Shown: positions 1 through 13,165 of the stretch, in pieces
How positions within the stretch are numbered: position 1 is the first letter of the stretch
How the letters are laid out: each line of letters begins with the position of its first letter
Assembly (NCBI GenBank): GCA_964016885.1
Contig: OZ024740.1
Location: forward strand, 128,898,001 to 128,962,000
Direction: 5' to 3'
Length of the DNA: 64,000 bases
Source: Eledone cirrhosa
Taxonomy: Eukaryota
Position numbers and translations under genes: made by a program
The notes under the pieces: model-generated
What the model was told of the DNA's origin: nothing
Databases searched by the model: none
Seen by the model: the letters and a program-made list of their open reading frames with translations, nothing else

Positions 1-7
1 TTTTTCC

Positions 8-94
<87 letters not shown>

Positions 95-280
95 ATATTA
101 AAGTTACTATTTATAGTCATGTATGTATATACTATAAACAACTATAAACAGGCAAGGTCAGTAATTTATTACTACCTTATTGCCAGTAAGAGAAATAGCT
201 CAATGTAAGAACATCAGTTGTTTTACAGAGCAGTAATATAGATTACACAAGTATCAAAGTTATGTTTAAAATATTTAATC

Positions 281-320
281 GCTGACAATTGTTTCTGCCA
301 AACTTAGGCTTGGTTTGGAA
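281..320 (-). ncRNA. Partial type I hammerhead ribozyme (stem II + GAAAC-AATT-GTC; 5' core lost)
   Basis: Minus strand reads TTCCAAAC-CAAGCCTAA-GTTTGGCA GAAAC AATT GTC AGC. The 3' motif is the same as in the PLE HHR at 49266, but there is no CTGANGA upstream. Confidence 0.5.
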
Positions 321-515
321 GAAAAAATTATAAAAGTATAAAACTATAAGAAAAAATTATAAAAGTATAAAACAAGCACTTTGATACTTGTGTATTCTAT
401 ATATATATATATATTTGGAAAAAATGAAACGAAATTTCATTTCTCACTCTTAGTACGACTGTTACTTAAATATAAGTATGTATACGTACATACATATATG
501 TATACAGACGTACAG

Positions 516-579
<64 letters not shown>

Positions 580-722
580 GCACACATATATATATATATG
601 TACGTTTTGGGTTTACCGAACATTTATTATAATGCTCAGTTTGTTTGTAAACAAACAGTCCAAATTAAGCCCTACAGTGTTTAGTAACCATCGTTGCCCT
701 TTTGTTCAACACTGACAAAGGA

Positions 723-765
723 ACGATGTACTAGTTTCAAGCTTATTAGCTATCGTCAGCATCGT
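723..765 (-). ncRNA. Minimal type I hammerhead ribozyme
   Basis: Minus strand: ACGATG CTGACGA T-AGCT-AATA-AGCT-T GAAAC TA GTA CATCGT. It has a 6-bp stem I, a palindromic stem III (ACTAGT) and a GUA cleavage triplet. Confidence 0.85.
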
Positions 766-1120
766 ACACCTTCCTGCCAGATGATTAAACGTTTGAAAGT
801 ATATACTTTCCTTATGCATATTAACGGCTGAGCAGCCTAATTTGTACATACGTACATACATATATATATGTGCATGTATGTATATATATACATACTACTG
901 TACGTCTGTATACATATATGTATGTACGTATACATACTTATATTTAAGTAACAGCCGTACTAAGAGTGAGAAATGAAATTTCGTTCCATTTTTTCCATTT
1001 ATAGTTTTCGGTGCGCCCGGCCGACTAACTCTCTCGATATGCAAATTAGGTTGCTCAGCCGGTAATATGAATAAGGAAAGTATATACTTTCAGACGTTCA
1101 ATCATCTGGCAGGAGGGTAT

Positions 1121-1163
1121 ACGATGCTGATGATAGCTAATAAGCTTGAAACTAGTACATCGT
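1121..1163 (+). ncRNA. Minimal type I hammerhead ribozyme
   Basis: ACGATG CTGATGA T-AGCT-AATA-AGCT-T GAAAC TA GTA CATCGT. Identical to the 723-765 copy except at the free core position N7. Confidence 0.85.
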
Positions 1164-3324
1164 TCCTTTGTCAGTGTTGAACAAAAGGGAAACGATGGTT
1201 GCTAAACACAGTATGGCTTAATTCTGGCTGTTTGTTTACAAACATACAGAGCATTATATAAATGATCCGTAAACCCATACGTTCATATATATATATATAT
1301 GTGTGCATGTATGTATATATTTATATATACATACTACTGTACGTCTGTATACATATATATATGTACGTATACATACTTATATATATAGCTTATTCAATTT
1401 TACAGTTTGACTCAACGCCAGAGTGTGTTCCACGTGAAATGTCAGGCATGGCTTAACTACACTATCATGTGAATTCTCGCGTCACTGAAAGTTGAGGATT
1501 TATACCTCACAGCCTTGTGCACTTCAACGTGATGTACGGATACCACACTCAGAGCAGAATTATAGAAATTGGTGCAACGGACCAGGTATCTGCAAGTTCC
1601 TAAATACACGAAGTCGTTTCCCTCACGGATTGATTTATAAGTGTACACTAATTGTTTGGGTTTGTATTTTAATAATACATAATTAATTGAATTATTGAGG
1701 GAGTAAGAAAACAACCGATCCTATGTCCATTCTATGGGATAAGCTTCGTTTCATAATTATTTTTAACACACAGTGGAGGGAAAGTGCGAGTGAGTGACTG
1801 CAAATATTTGTGTTTAAGAGCACACAGATACTGACTATGTGCGGGTTTCTCAGTGAAATTAAAATTGTTTTAATTGACATAAATCCTATATCAAGCTTTA
1901 CAACCTTCATTTATTATTTACTGAATATTGAAATTTTGCAGGTATTTCATTTTTACCAGACATAAATAAATCAATATAAATGTTATAACTATCAAATATG
2001 CGTACTGGAATCCACTTTATTTGAATTCTATCGGCTTTTCATAATTTTTCTTTCAAAAAATCAATCCTTTGTCGATGGTTCTGAAAATCATTTAACCTTT
2101 ACCTATAGTTTTCTTACCTTAAATACATTAAAATGTAATATTGACGAATGTTTCCATCTATCAATTGAAGCGATCAAATTTGCTTTAAATGCTTCAAATA
2201 ACATCCAAAACTTTTTTTGCAATATTTAAGTTAGTGTTCGCCTATTTGATGCAGAGAACACTGGTTGTGTTATATACAAATATATATATGTTCTAAAACA
2301 CAAACAACAATATTGGTCATAGATTTTTAACCGTTTCATAATTTACGCAATTACTGCAGAGCACGCATATATATCCCCAACGTTTCAGGAGAAGAGCTGT
2401 TATTATGGGCATAAGAATTAGAATTATTTAGCGAATAAATTACAGTGCTATTTCATCTCTATGAATAAGGCAATTTAACTTCCTGGTCGGATTTATAATG
2501 CGAGGAGTACAGCAAATTTGTGTTTGTGAAATTCAATTATTCGTTAGGGAGGATACACATGTAATTAAGAAAGCCTTAACCATATATATTTTAGTTAGTA
2601 AATTGCGATAATTATTTCTATCATAGAGATATTTCCTTGGGAACTACAAGTACAATCAATTTTTTACTAATATGTCGTGTTAACTTTGGTGCATCCACAC
2701 ATGTAAGAATCTAATGAAATGTCACATAAAGGATCGCCCCACTTGAATTGTGCCAACCATACCTAAATCTGGTTGGCTGTATATCTAAGTGAATCAGTAA
2801 TTAAGCCGACAACGCAGCACTGCACAAACCTATTCGTCGAGAGTCTATGGCTCATCAATAGCTTGTGAATAGAATTTACCAGACATAATACGAAGTGTAA
2901 AATAGGACAGATAGGAGACTCTGAGTAAGAAAGGTAGTCATTGGGAGGACACACGTTTGTGACGTAATAAGTTGATGATTAAAAATTAAACATCTATCCG
3001 GTGAATAAACTAACCAACGACTTGATTATATACACACCTCATAGTAAACTGAAGTGAACCTCGGTAGGTGCGTGCGTTTTATTGGCAAAACCAGGTAACA
3101 ATACACTAGGCCAAAAGAAATCCCGAATAGGGAGGATATCCCCCCGTGGTGACGTTAGGAATCTAACAAAATCTGAAACACCTTCATGTCCAAGAGTACT
3201 CTAGAAAGGTGCTTCTCTTTCTTTTAATATTTCTAGCCTACGGGTGCATGGTCAGAATAGGACTATTTCTACGGGAATTACTCACAACAATCACCCACAT
3301 TTTAATAAATGAACTGATTGGCAA

Positions 3325-3447
3325 ACTTCCCTCTCCACCCTCACATTCCTTTCGAAGTGGAACTTGAACATGTTGATGAGGCCTTGTTTAAATGGAAGTA
3401 TCAGTCTTCAGTCTTCTCAGCTGCATGCGCCATACAACCTCTTTCGC
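3325..3447 (-). mobile_element. Decayed 3' ORF2 fragment of a Tx1-like LINE
   Basis: Minus-strand translation gives KEVVWRMQL...MFKFHFERNVRVERE, similar to KEVVWWTRL...FFRYHFGRRIGMEGE at 13166-13480. Confidence 0.6.
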
Positions 3448-3562
3448 AGAAAGCAAAACTTCGTGCTATTCCCCGCCATACGTAATAATAACTAACAACG
3501 TTGTGTTGATTGTTTTCTAACAATCCTGCGTTCATATGGTGATGTTAAGCATTTCGTTAATT

Positions 3563-3602
<40 letters not shown>

Positions 3603-3635
3603 CATACATAACCATATAAGTAATGAGTTTTAGTA

Positions 3636-3728
3636 TAGGCCCAAGGCCAGTAATTTGGGGAGAGGGGAAAGTCGAGTGAATCGACCTAGTCCGTTACTGG
3701 TGCTATATTTTAACGACCCCGTAAGGAT
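3636..3728 (-). mobile_element. tRNA-derived SINE fragment (long subfamily)
   Basis: Reverse complement of the atccttacggggtcg...accagt...gtcgat..actcgact...ctggccttg body. Confidence 0.6.
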
Positions 3729-3888
3729 ATAAATAATGATAAATATAATGATCAAGTAAACAAATATCGATTTCGTTGAGATAGAAACTGACATCGAAAA
3801 AGAAAATACCTAAATACGAGCATGTGTTTGTTTCTGCACTAAGTTGTTTCTGCCGATTCCACAGCTCTAAGAATCCAAATAGTGGCAC

Positions 3889-3919
<31 letters not shown>

Positions 3920-3933
3920 AAGAAGAAGAAGAA
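3889..3933. repeat. (GAA)n microsatellite
   Basis: Direct reading. Confidence 0.95.
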
Positions 3934-4336
3934 GGGGATATTAAATAGCAGGCGGTATGATATTTTTGATGACGATGATCAGTGTTATATATTTGTGGAG
4001 GGACGCTTGGTAAGGATGATAATGATGATTATGATGTTGATGGTAAAGATGATGACTATGATGACGGTCATATAGAGAAGGATAATAATAATCGCGATAT
4101 TGATAGATTTGTGTTTAATGATGGAACCATCGATCAGAATGAATCCTTAATGAATCTGATTATGTAGATTTTGTGGAGTATGATTGAGAGGTTGATATCA
4201 AACACAATATATATATCAATATTAACAAAAGCAACAAAACTACAACGTCAATAATAATTATCATGATGATGATAATAGAAAAAGAATAATAATAACAAGA
4301 GTCATATTGTAAAAGTGGTACATATTAAAATAACGA

Positions 4337-4440
4337 CGAGGTTAACTTTGCCTTTCATCCTTACGGGGTCGATAAAACAAAATACCAGTAATGCACTGGG
4401 TATTTGCTGGCCATGTGCCTAAAGTAGAAACAATTATTAT
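4337..4440 (+). mobile_element. SINE 3' part (short subfamily) with (ATT)n tail
   Basis: gaggttaactttgcctttcatccttacggggtcgataaaa...gcactgggta..tgctggcc..gtgcctaaagtagaaacaattattat, recurring several times in the window. Confidence 0.85.
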
Positions 4441-4470
4441 TATTATTAATAATAATAATAATAATAATGA

Positions 4471-4880
4471 TTTCTTTATTGGCCACAAGGGCTGACATCA
4501 AGAAAAACATTACAGACGGCACAGGACGGTACAGGACGGTACAGGACGGTACAGGACGGTACGATGTGGGTTTTGTGCGTTTAAATATTTTTATTATTTA
4601 TATAAGAGAAAAACAAAAGGACATAGAAACATATATATATATATATATAAACAATAAAAAAGAAAATTGAAACAATTAAAAATTCCACAATAGGGGGGAA
4701 ACCTCCGAGGGTTACTCGTGGCGAAAACCACAAAAAAGACCACGGCCACCCTGACCACCAGGGCAAGCGCACTCTCTCAATTTTTCCATTTCTCAAACTA
4801 CAGACGTATATTCAACAAACTTGCTAGAAGGCAGCACTTGCCTCTCCACCCTGATTTTCCTCTTCAAGTGAAACTTGAAA
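4471..4880 (-). mobile_element. 5'-truncated Tx1-like LINE 3' end inserted in (AAT)n
   Basis: Encodes FKFHLKRKIRVERQVL (ORF2 C-terminus). It ends in AATAAAGAAA like the element at 12951, and (AAT)n lies on both sides. Contains an internal 10-bp tandem acaggacggt. Confidence 0.7.
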
Positions 4881-4914
<34 letters not shown>

Positions 4915-5772
4915 TCAATAATAATAATAATATTAATACTATTAATAATAATAAAAATATCCATAACAATGATTTCTCCATAACAATAAAAATAATAATC
5001 ATTGTAAAAATAATAATAATGTTAAAAATACTAATTACAATTTTAATGAAACACATATTAACCTCAACGGCGCGAAGCAACATGAAATACGAATAAAAAA
5101 ATATAAGATACTTCCATTTCCTTTGTGGTTGAATTTTTTTAATAATTTATATTGATAAATAAGATAACAATCATTGCATAGAAACCCAAGCTAATTATCA
5201 TTACGATCTACGAAGAACAAGCTCAAGTATGTAAATTTTACCGAGGGCGATAATGATCAAAGATTAAATGTCAAAAAGATAGTCTTGATATTTTAATGAT
5301 AATATCAGTGATGGTTATGATGGATGTTGTTTGTAATAATAATAATAATTGTGAAGTCAATGACGGTAGTGTATGTAGTGTTATCTATAAGGGTAAATCG
5401 ATTGTAGTGGTGTCGCTGATGGTGATGTTAATACGTAGGTGGGAGGGAAATTACTTTTATAGTAGGTGATTTTAAGATGTCTTAATGAATACATATGACA
5501 AGCAAATGTTTCTCAAGTGGGGATTAATTAAAGGCCCGTCACTCAATACAGTAATAAACAAAGATGAAAGGATAATGGATATTACAGAGCAGGCAATACA
5601 TAAAAACTAGTAAGTACAGTAATAGCTAGGAAGAAAAAACATGGTGATCAACAACAAATATTTAAGAAATATATATTCGTCTATCAACAACACAAAAAAA
5701 CATCATTAATGATGATGATGAGGAGGATAAGAACAACAACATCAACAACAACAATAATACTAATGCCAATAT

Positions 5773-5890
5773 CACACAAGGCCAGCAATTAATCAGTGTA
5801 TTACTGGTACTTTATTTTATCGACCCCGTAAGGATGAAAGGCAAAGTTAATCTCGGCAGGATTTGAACTCAGAACATAAAGGGATGTAAC
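5773..5890 (-). mobile_element. SINE copy
   Basis: Reverse complement of the SINE body, including the B-box (gagttcaaatcc). Confidence 0.85.
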
Positions 5891-5904
5891 TCTGCTGGAA
5901 AGCA

Positions 5905-6021
5905 TAATAATTGTTTCTACTTTTGGCACAAGGCCAGCAATTACCCAGTGCATTACTGGTACTTTATTTTATCGACCCCGAAAGGATGAAAGGCAAAGTT
6001 AACCTCTGCGAGATTTGAACT
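5905..6021 (-). mobile_element. SINE copy (tandem to previous)
   Basis: Same family, with an (ATT) tail and B-box remnant. Confidence 0.85.
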
Positions 6022-7489
6022 AATGATAATAACAATAATAATATATCATTAATTGGAACGTTATTAAAATATAAAAAATGCACACCAAAATCAGGAAATG
6101 CCCGACCTGTTACAGACTTCATCGCCCAAAAGCAGATGAGGTTTGCCTCTATCTCACTAGAAAAACAGTGCTAGAGTAATTATCCAGCATGTACTGTCAT
6201 GCAAAATATGAAACTTTGGACTCGAAGAGCACCTTAAAACTATAGATGGCTAGAAGATGAAAATGGCTGCAGCTCAAGAAATGAAGCAAATGTTAAATTT
6301 AATCTCAAAGAAATGTAGGATGTGTCTGGAAGATTTGAGAATACATTTATGAAAATGATGGTGTTTCTGTAATTAAATATGCAAAAATACATCCAGTGCA
6401 CGCGCACTATTCTCCGTAGCAAAACGCATGATGTAGATTAAACGATCACCCAGCAACGGCTATGAATGTATGTGCTAAAGACACGAATAAAATCCAAAAT
6501 ATACAAATGGACACGAGAGGGATATGCTTCGATTGTTCATATTAAAAACAAATAAAACTAATATCCGATATTAATACATATAAAATACAAAGGAACAAAT
6601 ACACAACAAACTCCGCAAAACCAACACATAACTGACAGACGTAGATAAAACTAACATATCTAAGACAGATAAAGTAAAAACAAAACGCAACCAACACGAT
6701 ACTTAAGATATATACAGAGTACTGACCAACAAAACCGATTCAAATGAGTACAGATGGGGAGTAGAATGTAAGCAAAATAAAACCATAAAGATGTAACTCT
6801 AGACCAAAATAAGATAACGTTGTGAATCATCAGAGAATCTCAAACAATGGACCTCCTTATGGACCGACGAATACACCACCCAAGGATAAAAAGTAATAAA
6901 ATAATAACAATTATTAAAAAAAAAAATCTAATAACGTCATCATACACTTAATAAATACGAACATAAACATGAGTATTACAAGACTACATACTGTATATAT
7001 GCAGCAGCCGGTGTTGTTACGAAAGAAATTGGACACTCCTTAGTAATACAGAAGGAAGAATAATAAAACCCACACTCTCATGGAAATCAAAGTATCACAG
7101 AAAGATGAAAAATAAGAGAAAATACCTTTGAATCTTAAATAAAATACGAAGGAAATCGACAAAACTAGGAATAGGAAAGAATATAAAAATACAAAAGAAA
7201 TATAATATAACAGGAAAGAATATCACAGAGAGTAGTAATGCCTAAAACACAAAATACTTGCACTGGCACAAATAATCCGGAGATACAATAGGCGCCAAAC
7301 GTATTTTGAACTTAAATGGGAGGGGGGGGGGTAGAGGTAACCGTAGCTCTGAAGATAAAAGAAATGGAAGAGTTCTAGTGAGGATTATAGTTAGAGGGGG
7401 AAGGGAAATTAATTTCTGAGATTATTATAATTATTATTAATGTTATTTTTAGTGCGTGTCGTCACTGCATTTACAAATACTGCTTGCGC

Positions 7490-7600
7490 ACCTTGGCTAT
7501 ATGTCTTACATGTAGATCTTCTTAAGCAAGACACTTTATCTCACGCTTCCCCAGTCCACACAGGTGGCAAAAATGAGTTGTACCTGAAATTCGAAGGACC
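7490..7600 (+). mobile_element. CORE-type SINE fragment
   Basis: cttaagcaagacactttatctcacgct..ccagtccac motif; related copies at 9755-9878 and ~19190-19480. Confidence 0.6.
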
Positions 7601-7888
7601 AGCATCGTCACATTCTGTATCAGGCTAAAAGCCCCTGAGAACTACGTTAGGGGTACGCATATTCGTGGAATGCACAGTCACTTGTATGTTAATTTCACGA
7701 ACAGGCTTTTCTCTCGATCCTATCAATTCGAACACTCTGCGTCGAAACGGACGGTATGCACAACTACACGTGGGTATAAAAGCATTATTGCGCCTACAAT
7801 AGAGGGTAGACGATACCAGCGAATATATGTATACATACATACGCACAGGCAGGCGCACACGCGCGCACGAGCACACACACTCATACAT

Positions 7889-7933
<45 letters not shown>

Positions 7934-8118
7934 CATACACACATACATATATAGAGCCTAATGCTTGGTGTGTTGTAATCTTATGTTACTGTTGTTTCAC
8001 CAAGTTGAGCAATCGATGCGTAGGTGTGGCCGTTTAAGTACAGTATGTGCTATACTACGGTCGGTTTTCCTCATCTGTAGAGTGTTCTATTATTAATATG
8101 TCGGGACTAAGTGTCATG

Positions 8119-8390
8119 GTGTCATTATTAAGTTTATTCAGGTTTGGTGTGCGTTTCGCTACTGATCAGCTCAAGGTTCTATCTGTGCCGATCGGGCCCG
8201 ACTCTGGAATCAAACGTTCATCCGACTCTTCGTTCCTTAATGAAGGTAAGCGGATATATCCCATCATTATCAAATTAAGAGTCTGATGAGCTTTTGATTC
8301 CAGAGTTGGGCCCGATCGATAAAGATCGAATCATTAGCTGATCAATAGCGAAACGCATATGACACCTAAATAAACTTAATGTGATGATAC
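8119..8390. repeat. Inverted repeat (8119-8230 / 8277-8390) carrying a long-stem-II HHR
   Basis: The arms are reverse complements with scattered mismatches. Confidence 0.8.
8281..8363 (+). ncRNA. Degenerate type I hammerhead with long branched stem II
   Basis: CTGATGA GCT-T-TTGAT ... ATCAA-T-AGC GAAAC GCAT. The cleavage triplet has decayed (ATG). Homologue at 42387. Confidence 0.6.
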
Positions 8391-9754
8391 TTGAGACCTC
8401 TTTCCCACATGTTTTCAATTAAATAAACCATTATTATGAATAAAGAATCCATTAATATGGTACTTTAGACGTCGAAGACATCATTTACCATCAATCACTC
8501 TGAGACTTAAAACCCATGAAATACTATAAGTTGTTAGTAACTTGAAAATAGCTGAATAATATATCGCATAATATTCTTCTGTACCGAATAAAAAGGAACA
8601 TATCGGATTATATATTTTCAAGATACAGAATACTTGATAGAAGAATGGGAGCACCATATTTGGATCTCGTAGTAGACATAGAGCAGCATTTCATCTCAAG
8701 ACAAAACGAAGGTCGTGTAAGTAGTGTTCAATCATAACAAAAATAAACAACACTTGTCTGATTGTCCCTTCATCACTTCAAAAATCAGATCTCTTTATCA
8801 ACCTGCATCTTAAATTTACTTGCTTCGGTTTTCATTAAAAAATTTCACAAGATAATTAAAATACTGTGATACAGTCGAGCATTGATTTCAGTTCGGTGGC
8901 CCTTAAATACATTGCAGTTCGTATGCACCCACACTTAACAGAAAATATAAAACACACGTTCTAATCTGCAGCATAATAAATCACCTCTCCAATCAATAAT
9001 CATTAATGATTTCCCTTCATTTTATTCTCCTCGGTTACCTCAAACGGCTTCCAAATTTATATTCTTATTTTGGCAATCTGTACATTTGTTTATATACAAG
9101 ATTTGGGCTATTGCATCTCGGTACATCATTCCTTGTTTAACTTTAATTATTTAAAGTTAGATAGATAGACTGATTTATTTGGTGATAGTTAGATAGGCTG
9201 TTAGACGGACGAATAAGTAAGTTTTTCTTACTTGAACTCCAGATTTCATCACTTCGATTCTGCCCTTAAACGTTCACTACCTTGCTTTCGTCTTCTTCTC
9301 CTCACAAGAACGGATAGTTATGCTGATTTAACATATACACACGTTGTTGTCAATCAAGGCGTAAATCTGTTCAAGTAGATTTCTATTAAATGGAATTTCG
9401 TATAAAGACAATCATGTTTTGTTCGAACTAAATTATTTTTCAATAAAGTTAACATGTTATTTATGATAAAACTTTATATAACGTATATGCTTCACCATTG
9501 ATTAGTTAAAATGCTCTTGGTTGTCGGCAGTGGTAGGTATATTTATAAAAATACATCTCTCTCTCTCTCCCTCTCTCTCCCCCTCTCTCTCTATCTCTCT
9601 CACTCTCTCTTTCACTCTCTCTCAAGCTCTCACTCCCACCCACTCTCTCTCTATATATACATATGGTCGATCAACTTTCATCAAATCGGACCGAGGAAAC
9701 AATGTTTCCGTTGGTCTTTCCAATTGCTAATACTTTCTATCGGTCGCATCTCCA

Positions 9755-9878
9755 GGTAGAAGGAGCAGCGTGAAATAAAGTGTCTTGCTGAATGACATAA
9801 CGCATCGCCCAGTCCAGGAATCGAACTTACAACCTCACGATTGGGAATCCAATTCTCTTACCACTCAGTCACGTGCCT
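9755..9878 (-). mobile_element. tRNA-derived CORE-type SINE 5' part
   Basis: Minus strand: A-box-like TGACTGAGTGGT, B-box GTTCGATTCC, then CAGCAAGACACTTTATTTCAC. Confidence 0.75.
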
Positions 9879-9916
9879 TGTCTCTCTCTCTCTCTCTCTC
9901 TGTATATATATATATA

Positions 9917-10105
9917 ACGAAGGAGTAGTGGTAAGGAACCAGATGGACCATAACGCACCGGAGTACTCAATACTTAGGGAAGTAGAGTGGGTAATAGGAG
10001 AATGTAGATTCTGACGGCAGAGCTCAAGCCGTTTCGACGGCTATTTCTAGTCCAGAAATACCCGTCGAAACGGCTTTAGATCTGCCGTCGGGGTCATACA
10101 TTTTC

Positions 10106-10108
<3 letters not shown>
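9917..10108. mobile_element. Microsatellite-flanked hairpin element with HHR 3' half (GAAAC-GGC..GCC-GTC)
   Basis: Inverted repeat 9995-10048 / 10054-10108. Family members lie at 18738-18874 and 33811-33925. Confidence 0.7.
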
Positions 10109-10154
<46 letters not shown>

Positions 10155-11274
10155 ATGAATTGCTCTCAATTACCGTAGAAAATTATACCCCTTAGGCTCT
10201 TTCAGTTTGCATCAGTATGTTCACATACGAACACATCTGGGTTTTGTTTGTTTGCGAACACTTGTGTTTTTTCTGTGTGCCTTGATCCGCTATTTCTTCT
10301 CAGAGTATTTCTAGCCTTAATCACCGTACTTATCCTATTCCCCAACACATTCAGCAGAAGTAAGACTAGCTGTGTAGTTAGTCAGCGTGCACATATAGTT
10401 CTCATATATTATTATTAATTTCGTTTTCTGTAAAATTACCCAAAGTATTTTTTTTTTAAATTCTGGTTGACTATTTTGATGTATACTGGTAAATGCCTGA
10501 ATGAGAAAGTTGACTTGACTTTCAGAGCAGTGAACTAACGAAACTACTGAACTAAACACAATTAAGATGTAACAATCATTGACCGGTAGTTGGGTACGTG
10601 TTTGTTCTCTAGGACATAATAATTTTCCGCACTCATGTAGGAATGAAATGTATCATGTGTGTAAACTTAGTACATTTATGTTCGAGTATGTGTGTATACA
10701 CTTATGCATAAAGGAAGCAATTAGGATGTTACTAAAAACCCGGAATGTATATATGATTACATTATATTTTATTGTCGTCTTTGAATTGTTCAGACTTTCT
10801 GACAATCGTATCCCACCCCGCGAGGAAGATTTCAAATAAGAATCACGAGCACTAAATACAATAATTAGAATATATCACGAGTGTCGTTATCTACAATGTA
10901 CTGTTATCACGACTGTACAAGGGCAACATCAAACTATGTCGTGATTTAAATTATGATATTTAACTTCTGTTTTCTTTTATCATAAGTTGGTGAATTTCCA
11001 TAACTATATGTATGTCTATACGACTGTATGTAGCTGTATGTTTCTGCCTCATTCTTTAGCGTTTTGACTATCTTATATATTGATCTATCTTGTTATTTTT
11101 CGTTTCGTTTGATTCTGAGTTGGGTTTTATTATCTCAATCTCTTTTTGACTGTATTCTTTCTGCCTGATTATGTCAGTATGTCTGGAGTCTTTCTGCTTT
11201 TCTGTTAGGCCGAATATCTGCCTTTCTGATTGTTTCTCAATTTGTCTATCTGATTATTTATCTACCTTCCCATT

Positions 11275-11277
<3 letters not shown>

Positions 11278-11356
<79 letters not shown>

Positions 11357-11362
11357 TCTCCA

Positions 11363-11432
<70 letters not shown>
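11278..11432. repeat. (CT)n microsatellite
   Basis: Direct reading. Confidence 0.95.
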
Positions 11433-11435
<3 letters not shown>

Positions 11436-11550
11436 AACATCTATCTATCTACCTATATCTCTTCCTATCTATATATTTGTTATGTACCTATCTATCTATA
11501 TCTATATCTATTAATCTCCTTCTCTAACTCTCTCTCTCTCTATCTATCTA

Positions 11551-11588
<38 letters not shown>

Positions 11589-12191
11589 TATATATATATA
11601 TATACACACATCTATCTGACGCTCTATCACTATATGTAACTATAGATCTATATATTTCTCTATCTATCTACCTCCCAAACTACCGGGCTATCCATATGTA
11701 TTTATCTATCTATTAGAAAAATATATAGATTGGTAGTTAGGAGTTAGGTTGCTAGGTAAGTATATATATGTATGTAGGTAATTTGCTATGTTGATAAATA
11801 TGTAGAGAGATAAGTAGATACATAGGTAGGTACATAGATAGATCAATTGACAGGAAAATAGATAGATAGCTAACCTGTCGTCCTATCTATCTATCGAAAT
11901 ATATATCTACATATATATCTACCTGTTTAACTCTTCTAATTTCCTACTACCTACATAAATACCAATCAATCTACCTGCTTATTTTATATATATTTTAAAA
12001 TGGTTTCGAATCATATTAAAATGAAACCATGTTATCTCATGCATAATATATACACTCTGTTGGTTACAAACATAGCACACCAGATGCCACGGGAAGTTCA
12101 TATTCCTTGACTATCATCCAGGTCTAGTAGTAACATACTTGAGAGCTCATATAGGTGCTAGATGCAGTATTCAGAAAAAAATTAATGAATA

Positions 12192-12953
<762 letters not shown>

Positions 12954-13165
12954 CTTTATTTACCATAAAGGCATAAAAAGAAGGGACAAATACAAAGGGG
13001 GAGTTTACATAAAACCAAGTAAAAAGGGTATAACATGAAAATAATCAAAAACAACCTCAAAAGGGAGGGGACGTGATGGGGGTTGCACACATCCCCGAAA
13101 AAGTGTGCAATCCTTTGCCCGGGAAGCACATGGAGAAGGGGCTTCCCTCTCCTTCACTTCTTTAC

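Larger units (their letters stand above)
416..1380. mobile_element. ~440-bp HHR-bearing non-coding repeat unit, tandem plus inverted (retrozyme / PLE pLTR-like)
   Basis: 416-845 is the reverse complement of sequence in ~850-1000 and ~1040-1380. catactactgtacg recurs at 891 and 1330 (period 439). There is one HHR per orientation. Confidence 0.75.

Noticed and set aside
4512-4563. acaggacggt tandem as a CRISPR-like array
   Set aside because: A 10-bp contiguous tandem with no spacers, inside a LINE 3' UTR in eukaryotic DNA.
6050-7350. A-rich stretch resembling a decayed LINE
   Set aside because: No diagnostic peptide motif could be read.
9800-9878. tRNA gene (A/B boxes); also 40020-40105
   Set aside because: No cloverleaf or acceptor stem, and it continues into a SINE body.
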